From positions 55,366,001 through 55,430,000 of the forward strand of contig OX638162.1 of the NCBI GenBank assembly GCA_951804945.1: DNA of 64,000 nucleotides, given 5' to 3'. This DNA comes from Podarcis cretensis. Lineage: Eukaryota. The notes beneath the pieces are model-generated. The model made no database searches. It was not told the origin of the DNA and saw only the letters and a list, made by a program, of their open reading frames with translations. A program made the position numbers and the translations under genes. Positions 45,861 to 58,591 of the stretch are shown here, piece after piece. Within the stretch, counting starts at the first letter, position 1; every line of letters begins with the position of its first letter.

Positions 45861-48800
45861 TGCGCTGGAGTGGTCTACTCTGTCTACAAGAGCGCAGGTC
45901 TCTCGGCGGGCTGTGTACTCCTGGAGGAGGGGGCAGGAGAGGGAGTGGCTGGACGGCTCTGTCATCTGACTTTGGCAACGGGATCCGAGGGGGTCACTGG
46001 TGGGCCAGGGCTTTTGTGCCTCTCTCACCCCCCAGGTCCCCTTGGAACAGTCTTTCAGCTGAGATGAGACATCAAGTGCCTTCAGATAGACTCTGCTGGA
46101 CTCCTTGTCTAGGAACAGAGGCACAAAGTTGACCATATGTTCGATGGATAAGCCGTGGTTATATCATTTTTATTGTTTCTCACTGGCACTACTATTTTGT
46201 TTTTGTTTTGCCTATTATGTTAAGCCTTTTGTATGTAAACACAGACAAATGCATGTTTACCTGACTGACACAAGCAGCCTCTAAGGGAAGATGACGTGAG
46301 GCGAGAGAGGAGTTGCCCAAGTTGCCCCCTGGGCAGCTGGAGGAGGAGCAGCAGGGAGCTTGCCTTGGCAGTCCAGCACTTACCGGAAGTGATCTGTGGG
46401 CTGCTCTGTTTGCCATAATCAGACTCAAGTGCCCTTGTGTGTTCTGGGACGTGTGGCCTCTTGCCATTCACCCCACAGGCCTCTGCCGTGTGGGGATTGG
46501 CGCTGGCTGCACAGTGCTCCAGCGGCAGAAGCGTGCCAGTCTCAGCCTCGGGTGTTTCGCTTCTGACCTCTGACTTCTGAGCATTTGGATGAAACGGTTT
46601 TCTCTAAATCTGGTCAGGCCTAAGAGAAAGATAATAAATGATAGGGGATTTTCTCCCTTCCTTTTTATTCCTCCCTTCCCCCTTAATTCTGTATTTGTGG
46701 GGACAGTAGGGATTGTAAGCAGTGGTGCCAATTGTAAGCCAGGTGCCCATTAAGCGTGTCTGCGTTCTCAGTCCAGCCTTTCTTTAGGCACAGTTGGTGC
46801 CAACAGCACTCAAGCTGTCAGACGTGGCTGACTTAGCAGGGTTGGGGCACATATTTTGCCCTTATTGTGTATGCCCTTTGTGGGAGTTGGAATGAGAAGT
46901 CTGTTCAGAGCTGAAAAGCACAAGAGTAGGGAGATCATAAGCCTTCGGCGCTTTATTGTGTGGATTCAGTCAGAATGAATTCCCTTTGACAATCTTTTTT
47001 TTTTTTTTTTTTTTTGCATTTTCACTCCTGTTGTATTACTGAATAAAGAGTCAAACGTGTTTGACTCTTAATGCAGCCAAATTTTGTGATTCACCTAAAG
47101 GTGATGTAGCAAAGCATAAATCTGCCCCGCAAATACACATGCAGAATAAAGTAGGGGCTGTTCTACGTTTTTGCAAGTTTAGAACACGTGAAAAGGGTTA
47201 AAGTACTTTAGGGTTAGGAAGTTTGTTTTTTCATAGAATACTTCCTCTTGCACTTTCTTATCCTGCAACCTAAATTGGTCCAGTAAAAAGCTAGCATCTC
47301 CTGTGTTCTGACCTTTGGAGTGAAATGGACAACTATGACCATTCTCATCAGCTGGTCACTTCTGTTATTTTGTTGACATGTTAATCTTCTTTAAAACTAA
47401 AGCTAGTCTCTCTCTCTTTTGGCTCAGTTGTTAAGAGCATCCCTGGAATTTATGATCATAAAGGGGCTTTTGCTTGATAGCACATAGAATACCTTTTCTG
47501 TGGGCCACTCTCTCTTCTGTATGTCTCACATTCCGACACCCATACTGAGCAGCACTGTAATACGTGCATCTTTCGATAAAAGCCTTTGGGGCTGAACCAA
47601 CACAGGGGTAGTGAATTTCCAGTGCAGGCTGGGTCTAGGAGGACAATGCTGCACGGTTCTCAATATGTAGTTAAAAACAATCTTATTTTCTTCAGCCCCA
47701 AGTACTGTACAGTACTAGCCTCCACTGTGGCTGCAATCCCAAGCACATTTACTAGGTAGTAACTCCAGCGTATGCAGTGGACTTAATTGTGAATAAAATG
47801 TCTAGGAGGAGGCTGTTCCCTGAGTTGGGCTTTCCAGAAGATTAGTATCATTTTGTAAACTTCTCTTGCCTCAGTCAAATCAAAGAAACTTTCGAAGGTA
47901 ATCGCCAGGATTCTAGCTTCTGGTTTCTCGACTGAACTGCTGTTTTCCCCACTGCTGAGCTGATTTAGTCCCAAGGTGTTTCCAGGCCATCTGCAGCATA
48001 CAGAACAGAGCTGGGGTTCAACAAGAGCTAAAAGTCAGAAGAGGGAAGTTTAAGGACACTGATAATAGCCAGCAAGGATGGTGGCTTGTGGCGGATCTGG
48101 CCCTGTGAGAATGAGAGGCTTTGGGGCCAACTGTCTTAATGTGTGACCTGCTTCTCTCAGTTGTGAGAATTGTTGGAAACTTGCAGATTTCTAGCCACAA
48201 GGAATTTGGCTATTTCCTTTTGTAAAAAGACTTCAATTACCCCGGCTTGGGGGAATGTTCCTAAGACCAGCTCTTTGCAGTGTAAAAAATGCTCAAATGG
48301 TTGAAGTATTTCATTTCTTTAATTTGTGTAGGTGCTTCAGGCCCTTGGCAAATGTTTCTTGCTCTCTGCCAGGCAGGTGATGTCTTTAGTCATAGGCCAG
48401 GGGTTGGCTTGCTCTTTCTCTGGCCAGGCACATGAAAGGTATGTTCAGCTTGAATTTTAAAGGCTCTGATTGGTGTCTGCTTCATCCTGGAGGCTGAAAT
48501 AGCAGCATCTCAGCTGCTCTTTGTGTGAATTCATGGGCTGCTCTCAACAACAGGGTTTCCTGCAGTGGGTCGTTGCCTGCAAAGCACCTTGCATATCGTT
48601 GCTTTTTCACATACCTCCCCAAAAGCATTTTATTTGCCAGGCAAAATACTTACACAGAGGTAGTAGGGAGCTCTTCTGCCGCCTGCCTGTGGAACGGTCC
48701 CCGAAGGCTTGTTGCCTGTACTTTAGGCCTTGGTGGGTGCAGGGTGGGGAACCTGAAGGAGCCCTCCAGATGTTGCAAGGCTCCACTTCCCAGCACCCCT

Positions 48801-51601
48801 GCGCATCGGCCAGGCTCGTTGCTGGGGCGGATGGGAATCCCAGCAGCAGCTGGAGGGCCACCGGTTCGTCACACCATGCCTAAAATTATAGCAATAAAAC
48901 TGGAGCGCTACGTTGGTAGCAATAATGCAAGATGATTTACCTAGCGGTAAATACACACGCCTGGTGAGGGAGCAAGCAGTGGCATGCAAAGGAGGCAGTT
49001 GTTCCTTTGAAGATCGGGCTGGACATGAGCCAGGGATGTCATTTTGGGTTTTTTCAGCAGAAGCCTTATTTCCAGGGCTCTGGAACTAATGATGCTAACT
49101 GACCTGGCACTGAAAGGCTCCCACCACAAACAGATATTTTAGCTAGAGTTGGGCTGGGAAGTCGGGTGGCAGAAGGAAATATCGGAGGGCGAAGGCAGGG
49201 GGAGGCGAGGTCTGCAGAAGCCTAGGTCTTCTGCTGCCAACTCCTTGGCAACAAAGTTTTGGGATGCACGAGGAAGTGCCCCAAAGAGAGCAAGTTCTGT
49301 TCTCCTGCCGTGCTCCAAGGTCTCTGGAAGCAGTAAATGAGGCTTTTTATTCAACCGCACTCATTGAGGCCTGCTTCAGTCCTACAGAAATCAATGAGAC
49401 AAAGCACCTTTTAAGGACTAAATAACTACTTAATTATTTAGAACTTACTTTCCCTCATACGCTGACTATGTATAAATAGAAACAATGCACTTGGCTTCTT
49501 CTCCAAAGGCTCTTTTAACTTGTCACTGGAGGCTTGTTGCCATTTGGCTTCCTAGCAGAGCTACACGATGAGATGAGTGGCTTCCCTTTTTCTTCCACAG
49601 GAGCTGGAGGGGTATCTGAGGGCTGGGTGTGCAAGGTGGAGGAAAATGCGCCTGCGTGACCTTGGCCGCTCTTGGGGACCCCACCCTCTCCTTGCCCCTC
49701 CTGTGAGCTGAAAGGCAGGGGCCACCAGCCCCTCCTCCTCCATCTCCCCCACATAGAGGCAGCATTCTGGGCACTTATTCCCACTCAGGTCCAGTTGGTA
49801 GGAGGAGGAGCTGTTGGTGTCCTGCTGAGAGTGTCCCACAGAGCTCTTTACTGCCTCTTCTCCGTTCTCTCCTCCCCCCATCCTCTCCTCATGCCTGTAC
49901 CTGCAATATGCCCCGTCCCCCCACTTACCTGGGGAGACGCATCACAAAGCAGAAAGCATTTCTTCTAGGCACTTCCTGGGTCTCTGAGGCATTAGCTTCT
50001 CCTCTTAGAAACGAGCCTAAGGCTAGTGTATCTCGTGTTTAAATACTGGTTGGTTTATGCACCGCAACTGCACTCCTGCCTTCCTCTCTCTGACTTTAGC
50101 TGTTCTCCCGCCTGGCCAGGCCAGCCTCCTGCTTCTGCAGTAGCCATAGCCAAACATGACTTCCTGGGAGTATTGCAGCAATGTAAACCAAGGGCTCCAA
50201 AGCATCCCTTTGGGGCAGCAGCTTTAAGGTTGTTGCCTCAACGTCACGAGGACAAACAGAAGTAATAAAAAGCCCAAAGCCTTAACGAGATGGGGGAGGG
50301 GAACTCCACCTAAACAAGCAGAGTGGCAGGCCTGTGGCGTTGTCTCCGCGGGATGCCTCCCTCTGCCTCTGTCCAGGGTGCCCGTTCCTTGAGGTGCTGA
50401 AGGCTTTGGTCCCCTTCTAGGGCCACGGAGGCTGCATGCTCCCCTCTTCCCACCCTCCGGTTGCTGCCATGGAGAGGGAGCCTGGCTCTTCACTTCTCAG
50501 GACCTGATGATTTAAAGCCAACTCCTTATTTTGATGGCAATACCCTTCAGAAACTCTTAACTGGCTTGGGCTTTGCATACTTGCAAAGAGCCGCTGGAAA
50601 GTAGGACAGGGCAAGTCCTGGGCCTGGGTCAGGTGTGACTGAGCAGGAAATGCTGGAAGCCACCTCTGACTCTCTCTTCCTGGCTGGCGCAAAGCAACCC
50701 TTTTGTTTCATGAGCCCTTGGTGGGGAGGCTGGAGAGAGAGGCCTCCTTTGGGGCCTGGCTCTCCTGGTGGAGAACGAGAGTCCTCTGCAAACCATCCAA
50801 GACGGTTCAAACTGGTGTTCTTCACCAACAGTTTCTACAGGGTTGTTTTAGACATGTACGGTTGTATTTTAATGTGTATTTATATTTTTATTTGGTTTTG
50901 AGATAATGCTGTTACTGGCCCTGAGGCTTTGTGTTGAATAAACTACTAGTTACTGGGGTGGGGTGGGGGGGAGAAGGGTGCCAGCCTTTAGGCAGCCTAT
51001 GCAACACTATTTCAGTATTTGATATGCACAAACGAGCCTCCCCTATTTTTCATCATTTTAGCCTGGTTTGCTGAGAAACTTGGGAGAGGCAAAAGATGAA
51101 AGCAACTTGAAAATCCTTTCATTTTGTGAAAAAACACACACCACAGTATTGTCCTTCAGGTGCCTATCAGCTCCTGGTCTGCCTTGAAGAAGGGCTTTCC
51201 TGGAATATTGCCTCCATGCAGTATTGGTGTCAATGGGGAAATGCCCCAAATTCTGTACTTGCGGGCACAGGTGTGAGCAGAAAACCATTCAGCTTTCTCC
51301 TCCTTTTCTGCGTCCACTACTCTGGTTGACACTGTCTTGCCCTCCCTGCAGAAAGGAAGAGCAGGCCCCTCCCCACACCAGGCGGGGGGGGGGGGAGGAG
51401 GAGGCAGTGGCTTCACAGAGTTTTGCTTGCTGGGAGTGCCAAAGGCCGTCCTTCACTACAGTAGCTTAACTGTAAATAGCCTGCATATGTCTGGCTCTAA
51501 AGACACACACACAAAAGTATGTGTGAAATACTATATGTATATAGAAGGTAAATATACACATTCACTTTGACTTGTTACTGCAGATCTGTAATCAATTGTA
51601 T

Positions 51602-51607
51602 ATTAAA
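51602..51607 (+). terminator. Probable distal ADCY9 poly(A) signal (ATTAAA)
   Basis: Ends an AU-rich block with TGTANATA motifs typical of 3'UTR termini; implies a ~5.7 kb 3'UTR. Confidence 0.5.
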
Positions 51608-52289
51608 CGGTTTTCCTGTACTGGAGATTCCTTTGCGCCATCTTAAATTTGGTAGATCTGGAGAAGCGATTCTCGCGATTCACATGCCACTTTGTGGAAA
51701 CGCTCGTTCTTCCGAGGGATAAGTGGGCTGGATTTACTTGCATGTGTTTCCCAAGAGCTTGTGATCACTTGGCACTGCCCTCGCAACAGACTCATAGGAT
51801 GGTATGTATCTGTCAACTCAAGGTAGCAAAGTGGCTTGGGAGCAAGTCATATATATGATGGAGAAGTTGGAATGATAATTTTTCAGTCAGTTGCCCTAAC
51901 CTTGCCTGCTCTGCTTGGGCACTGTGAATGTATCTTGTAGCCAATTTCAGCTTCTGAAGGTGTTCCCCTTAGAACTGCACAATGCTGCTACTTGTGTAAA
52001 TGCAGGCACACTTTTCACAGTAACACAAACGTGGCCTTTTCCACCAGTTGCTAGGAAATACATGTCATTTCAAAGAGGAGCTGTTCTGGACAGTTCTATT
52101 CCATTTTTCTTTTCTGGGGAGGGTGGTGATGTCATCATTCAAGATTGTTAAATCTTCTAGTTTCAACCCTTTGCCTGCACTGCTCAGCTGTTACAAACTT
52201 CTGAAAGCTAAAGGGTACCCAGGAAAGAACAGGATGCTAAAAGGCTATGCCCACCTTGCCCCAAATACCTTCCGAGCAATTTTTCTTTA

Positions 52290-52680
52290 GATACTTTGGC
52301 AGCAGAAGATCAGATATGGGTCAGGAAGAAATGAGATCAGAAATGGCTCTGAAAGTTGCACATCTTTCTAAAGAGGACTTTGAACCCTTCTATGACCTTC
52401 TAAAACAATTGCAGAAAGATTTAGCTAGCAGTGGAAAAAGGAATGCAGCCTTCAAAGTTTTTAGAGATGAAATAAAAATGGAATTGAAAGACTTGCCTAC
52501 GAAATTTACTGAACTGCCTGCTTCAGCTAATGAAGCTTTGGTTTTAGGAATATGCCACAAATCCACCATTAAAAGACTCACTAAAAGTGCATCAGACTTG
52601 CAACTTCATATGGAGTCCTGGGAGGATAGGAGTAGAATGGATAATTTATGACTGAAAGGAGCTCCGGAAAACGGGTATGA
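52290..52680 (+). mobile_element. Degenerate L1-like ORF1 fragment
   Basis: ORF 52247-52651 ends MESWEDRSRMDNL, like the LE(D/N)RSRRNNL motif of L1 ORF1. Confidence 0.55.
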
Positions 52681-52900
52681 AAGCCCTTTTCGTTAACTTT
52701 TAAGCGTGAATGCAAACTGCATACAAAGAATGCATGAGGCTTTGGCAACGCCCCCCCCCCCCAAGACAGCAACCCTGTGATAAAATAGCAACAATTTTTA
52801 TTATTTCAGGGCAGTTCACAGGATAAAATTGCAATATAAAAACACAAAATACATAAAGTAAAACCAAAACCAACCCAATAACACCCCCCCAACACATTTT

Positions 52901-53707
52901 TTTTTATTTTTTTTTATATAAATATTTATTGAGATTTTTTTAAATACAAAATGCAAAAATGATAAACAATATAACATGTATCATAACACATTTTTCAAAA
53001 CTTCTTTGGACTCCCTCACGTCTCCCACTCCCACTTACATCATTGTAAATTTTTTCCAGCAATTTATCATCTTATTTATATTCTTAAATCTTGTTCAATT
53101 AATTTAATCTAATCTCCAAAAGTTTTATGTTTTCCTCAGTCTCACTTATCGTCAAATTCAAATCTAATTCAATGGTAGGCAATTATTTATGATCTAGCAT
53201 CCTTCTTAGCATTCGACCAAATTACAATACTTTTGTAAATAAATCTTGAATTTCTTCCAGTCTTCTTCAACCCTCTCTTCTCCCAGGTCTCGAATTCTAC
53301 CAGTCATCTCGGCCAGTTGCATATAGTCCATCAGCTGCATCTGCCACTCTTCCAGTGTGGGTAGATCTTGAGTTTTCCAGCTCTTAGCGATAAATATCCT
53401 TGCTGCCGTTGTTGCATACATAAAAAATGTTCGGTCCTTCTTTAACACCTTCTGGCCGACAATGCCCAGAAGGAAGGCCTCTGGTTTCTTAGTGAAGGTA
53501 TATTTAAATACCTTTTTCAACTCATTATATATCATTTCCCAGAAGGCCTTCACTCTAGGGCAAGTCCACCAGAGGTGAAAGAATGTTCCTTCATGTTCTT
53601 TACATTTCCAACATTTATTATCAGACAAATGGTATATTTTGGCAAGTTTAACTGGGGTCATGTACCATCTATATATCATTTTCATTACATTTTCCTTCAA
53701 AGCATTA
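52901..53707 (-). mobile_element. 5'-truncated L1 insertion with 13-bp TSD
   Basis: ORF2 C-terminal CCHC (CWKCKEHEGTFFHLWWTC), poly(T) at about 52900, TSD cccaacacatttt at 52888-52900 and 53708-53720. Confidence 0.88.
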
Positions 53708-53720
53708 CCCAACACATTTT

Positions 53721-53890
53721 AAAAGGGCAAAGGCTTGGTTAAAGAGGAACGTTTTTGTCTGGTGCCTAAAGGTGTATAATGAAAGCGCCAGGAGAACGTT
53801 CCTGGGGAGAGCATTCCACAAGCGGGGAACCACCGCAGAGAAGGCCCCGCTCTCGTGTTGCTCCCCTCCAGACTTCATATGGAGGAGGCA
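53721..53890 (-). mobile_element. L2/CR1-group LINE 3' fragment interrupted by the L1
   Basis: Minus frame AFSAVVPRLWNALP..FRHQTKTFLF. Confidence 0.65.
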
Positions 53891-54809
53891 CATGAAGAAA
53901 ATGGCACATTCCTCCTTCAAAGAAGCAATTGAGAAAGTAGCAAGAGAAGGAACGGAATTTAACATGGAAGGGAAGAAAGTCCACTACAAAAAAGAAACCT
54001 CAAAAAATACTACCCTACATGCTGCTGGAGTGAAATACAGATGGGGCTTCTTCCCATTTAAACTTATTTTGCAGATAGCAATACTGACAGGGCTCAACTA
54101 AAGGAAAAGTGTTGTATATGCGATATAAGACTGTGACACCAGATGGCGATGTGGAGTCCCGTCTTTCCCTGCCTGATTTCCCTGTATGAGTTTACAAGGC
54201 ATTTAACTGAATCGCTTCTTTGACATCTCTAGATCCAGCCATCGTCACCACTCTGGCTGAAGCCAAACTAGCATTGGGAACAATTGGGAGTTCCAATACA
54301 CAGAACAGGTGGAGGAGAGAAACAGACAAGATGGATGGCAAGGGAGGTCAAAGAGAAATAAGAAACCCAAGAGTTTCTTAAAGAAATTAGAAACATCATT
54401 CTTCTGCAAACTGACTGGTTTGACTTCTAACTTTTATAACTATATCTCATATATTACGCTAAGTGAAGAAAATGGCAAGGAGGGAGTGAAGGAAAGCTGA
54501 AACTGGCATTTCTTTTATCTTTGCAAGAGAAAATTCAATACCTTTAACATATTGAACTGTTTGAAGTTGGGGCAGGGGGTGTGAGCTGTCTCGCCCCCTG
54601 TTCATATGCCATGCCTGTGGACTCTTAAATGTGATGCCCTGTTGCACAGGTGTATTAAATTCCATATAAATTAAAACGGTGAAATCTCCGAAATAGAACC
54701 AACTCTCTTTGGTAGCACCAATAATGCTGGAAGATGCAACTAAAGTAATTAAGAAACTTAAACCATACAAGGGACCTTGAATCTCTTGAAAGGGTAGGTT
54801 GGATTGGTT

Positions 54810-54814
<5 letters not shown>

Positions 54815-54857
<43 letters not shown>
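54815..54857. repeat. (TA)n microsatellite
   Basis: Direct sequence. Confidence 0.95.
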
Positions 54858-54860
<3 letters not shown>

Positions 54861-54956
54861 TCAAACCCTATCTATTTCAACAAATACTCTAAGGATATGG
54901 CCAAAAAAATGAATGTAAGCTTGAGTCATCACAGCAAGAGACCTGGTCTGTGCCTA

Positions 54957-55453
54957 CCGTATTTTTTGCCCTATAGGACACACTTTTCCCCCTCCAAAAA
55001 TGAAGGGGAAATGTGTGCGCGTCCTATGGGGTGAATGCAGGCTTTTGCTGAAGCCTGGAGAGCGAGGGGGGTCGGTGTGCACTGACCCCTCTTGCTCTCC
55101 AGGCTTCAGGAAGCTAGCCATGGGAGAGTTGCGCGAAGTCGCGCAGCTCTCCCACGGCTAGCGGAGAGCTTGCCTGCACCCAGAAGTTTGGGGCGCGCTG
55201 AGCTCAGCACGCCCCAGGCTTTGGGCTTCACGCAGCTCTACCCTAGCTGTGGGAGAGCTGCGTGACTTCGCACAGCTCTCCCACGGCTTGCGGATAGCAG
55301 CCTGTTCTGGGGTCGAGGGAAGCTCGGGCTTCCCCTGCCCCAGCCCTGTACCTGGGGGGGAAATAATTTTTTTTTTCTTTATTCCCCCCCCCCAAAAAAA
55401 AAAACCTAGGTGCGTCCTATGGGCCAGTGCGTCCTATGGGGCGAAAAATACGG
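54957..55453. mobile_element. Tc1/mariner-type MITE with internal hairpins
   Basis: TIR ccgtatttttt gccctataggac / gtcctatggggcgaaaaatacgg, TA TSD; internal inverted repeat at about 55048-55109. Confidence 0.85.
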
Positions 55454-56110
55454 TAACTATTATATCAGCCTTCTCAGAGAAGGGTAAATGGGTCTACCAT
55501 ACCATAATGTGGCCTGTATACAGAATGCCATTAGTATGATATTCAGTGTAAAAGAGAAGATTTGGATGCAACTGAAATTAGATGAACCTGTGCAACACAG
55601 AATATCAGGCATCCCATTTTTGAATAACAACAAAACTTTTGTAATGACAAAGCCATTTGCAAAAGCAGAATTCGAGATCTGGTGATCCTGGATTTAAAAA
55701 TCAGCACCACCTCTACGTATTTCCTTTGCATTGCACCCCTCCTTTGACACGTCTGATCGAAAACTGATGCATATGAAATGGAAAGAAAAATGCTTGTGCA
55801 GATTGATTCACTTTTATAAAAATGATGTTTTTCTCCCGGCAAATTATGGAAAGAATTGAGGGTTGTAATGTGAATTGGCTATCAGGTGATACGTATTATC
55901 TCAAGTCCAACAGCTGAATCTCAAGCAATTAGACCTTTCACGCAATTTGAAAAACTGATTCTGAATATCACTGAACACCCCCACTCAAAAAATAATATTG
56001 GTTTTATGCAAAATACTCACTGACCTGGCCATTGAACAATGCTTGACTAGTAAGCAAAATTGGGGAAAGGACCTGGGCGTGGAAATTGTTCCATATGTCA
56101 TAGATATGTG

Positions 56111-56255
56111 CATAGCTGTCAACCTTCCTTTTTTTTGCGGGAAATCCCGTTATTCCAGCGCTGCTATCCCGGATTGTTAGATATCCCGTAGACTGTCCCT
56201 GGGACAGGTGAGGCTGCTGATCCCTTATTTTCAAATCTGAAAGTTGACAGCTATG
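56111..56255. mobile_element. hAT MITE (145 bp), same family as 20658
   Basis: TIR catagctgtcaac / gttgacagctatg; 8-bp TSD gatatgtg. Confidence 0.88.
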
Positions 56256-57039
56256 GATATGTGAATTGGTGCCACCATTTGGGGGACCTGCATTGGCAGA
56301 AATAAGCAAAATTACAAACCAGGATGTACATTGCAACCCATGTCTAGGTTTATTAATAATATTTAAATATACTCAAATTATCACAAGAGGAACCTGCCAC
56401 TTTTCTTCTGGTAGTGGCAAGATTGCCTGTAGCATGAGACTAGAAAGGAATCTCACCTGTAGATCACACAGTGGAAGCAGAATGTAGAGACAACTGCTTT
56501 ATCTGAGAAGCTAAGAGAATACATGCCCTGAATCGATGCTTCGGATATGGGTGGTTTTGTTGAAATATGGCACATTTTTTATAAAACATTCAATTGAGCT
56601 TCTCTGACGACTGGCGCCCACAAACTACGTGTATGGATTTATGGGAGAATTTGACACTATAATAGTCTTCTGCTCTGGGGGAGGGGGTGGGTGGGGAGAA
56701 ACCCTTTTGATAATATTTGTGTTTATATTCTTTTCTTGAAAATGAATAAAATGCTTTAAAAACCAAACGTGTTTACCTCACCCCCCCTTGCTTTTCCCTT
56801 CGGGGTGGGGTTTGGATGGTCGCCCCTGCCCCCACCCCATGGAGGTGGGGAAAGGGGAGCGGGGCCCCTCTCCTCTTGCGCCAAAGCTCAAACTGGCCTT
56901 TGCACCTTCTTGGGGCAATGGGAAAGGCGGCGGCATCAGCATTCGGCCACAACTGGCATTTGGTCCCCATCATCCTCCTTGAGCTGCTGCTTCCTAGGGG
57001 GGGGGGTCCTGCAACCCACGCACAAAGTCCCCCCCCCTG

Positions 57040-57265
57040 CCCTGGAATTGGAGAAGTAGTTGACACCCAGGGTCGGCCTCCTTATCTGTGTCGTCCCCGT
57101 CCCGCCCCCCCCCCAAGGCCTGCTGCTGCTGCTCCTCCCTGAGCGGTTGTGCCTGTTGCTGCCTGGGTGGGGTCCTTCTGCCTGCTGTTGGGTGCAGATA
57201 GGGAAGGAGGCAGCGGCCCCCCCTTGCCACGTGCCTTTCCCCATTGCTCTGGTCATCGTGATCTC
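57040..57265 (-). promoter_or_regulatory. Candidate erythroid 3' enhancer of the divergent alpha globin
   Basis: GATA sites at 57082-57087 and 57196-57201; inverted homology to 63090-63263. Confidence 0.6.
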
Positions 57266-57945
57266 GGGGGACGAGCCTGAGGCGCCCCCCTGCCTGCGCG
57301 GAGACCTCTCCCTGCGCCCTTCGCGGCCTGCGGATGTTTGGGGGGGGGGCTGGCCTCCCCATCATTGAGTGGAAGCAAAGAACACCTAGGACGGGGGTGG
57401 TTTGAGCAGCCTCCCTTTCATGGGCGTAGCCAAGAGGGGGCAGCTCCCCTAAATCAATAGAAATCGACATAAATGCATAGCTAACGTAGGTTCTGCCCCC
57501 CTTAACAAAAGGCCTACCCCCCCCCCAACAAAAATGCCATTCCCCCTTTACTGCAGTTCCGGCATTGCAGCGGGCTGGGCTTTATGACCTTTGGAGGGCC
57601 CTCCAGTTCTGCGATTCTATGCTGTTCTCTCTCAGCACAGGAGTGCAGAGGGGAAAGCCGCAGACTTGCCGGTCCCTCCACTTCCCCGAGGTACGAAAAG
57701 GCTTGATGGTGAATAAACTCATTTATTACCCAGACTTAACCATCCGGTCCCGGGACAATGTGACATTCCCTACGGACAACCTCGAGGGGAGCGCCGTCGA
57801 GGGCTCCTCCGAAGCCCGTCCAGCCCCCCCCCCCAGCCGCCCCCCAGAGAGAGGTGAGGGCTCAGCGCTGCAGTTTAAATAGCCCAAAGCTTTATTAGGA
57901 GGGAGAAGACGGGGAGGGCGCCCGGGCGAGGCCGTCCTGCCCTGC

Positions 57946-58591
57946 CTAGCGGTGGCGGGAGGTCAGGACGCGGGCGACGCTGCCCAGGAATTTGTCCACG
58001 GAAAGGAGGAGCGCCGGGTCGAGGGAGCCGCGGCTGTGGGCACCGACGGTCACCAGGATGCAGTGGTTAAGGCACTGTGGGAGAGAGGAGAGCGCCAGCG
58101 TTAGAGAGAGAGAGCAGGACCCTGGGCCGCCCGACGGGGAGGGCAGCGGGAGGCCGGGGCAGCCTCGGGGAGCGCGACTCACCTCGAAGCTGCTGGGCGA
58201 CACCCGCAGCTGGAAGGCGTGCAGCTCGCTGAGATGGCCGAGGGCGCCGGGCAGGTCGTCCAGGTTCTCGACGGCGCAGCTGAGCGCGTCCACCACCTTC
58301 TTGCCCAGCGCCTTCAGCTGGGCCGAGTCCGGAGAGAGGTCGAGGTGATGGAAGTAGGTCTTGGTGGTGGGGTGCGCCGCCATCAGCCTGCGGGACCAGG
58401 ACAGGATCAGGCCAGCGGCCTCGCCCTCGGGGTTCCAGCCTCCACCCACGGACGGCAGACCTGGGGAGGGTCCCGGAGCCGGCGGGGAGGACTTACCTGG
58501 TGAGCACCTCGACGCCCACGGCTTCGGCGTGTCTGCTCACGGGGACCCAGATGGCCCTCACGCGCTGCTTGTCTTCCTCGGTCAGCCCCAT
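57946..58591 (-). CDS. Divergent alpha-type globin (alphaA-like paralogue, His E7->Leu), 142 aa; exons 58591-58497, 58387-58183, 58074-57946
   Basis: Canonical 95/205/129-nt alpha-globin exons, GT-AG introns. [70 protein letters not shown] box 58638-58643; AATAAA 57891-57896. Confidence 0.93.

Noticed and set aside
57946-58449. 167-aa ORF, and the 247-aa ORF 61465-62208, as single-exon proteins
   Set aside because: Read-through of globin exons and short GC-rich introns.
58568-58591. N-myristoylation of the divergent globin (Met-Gly start)
   Set aside because: MGLTEEDK has acidic residues where Ser/Thr is preferred and no N-terminal extension like globin X.
57946-58591. Calling the minus-strand globin a pseudogene
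   Set aside because: No frameshift, stop or splice defect; poly(A) signal, promoter box and 3' element are retained.
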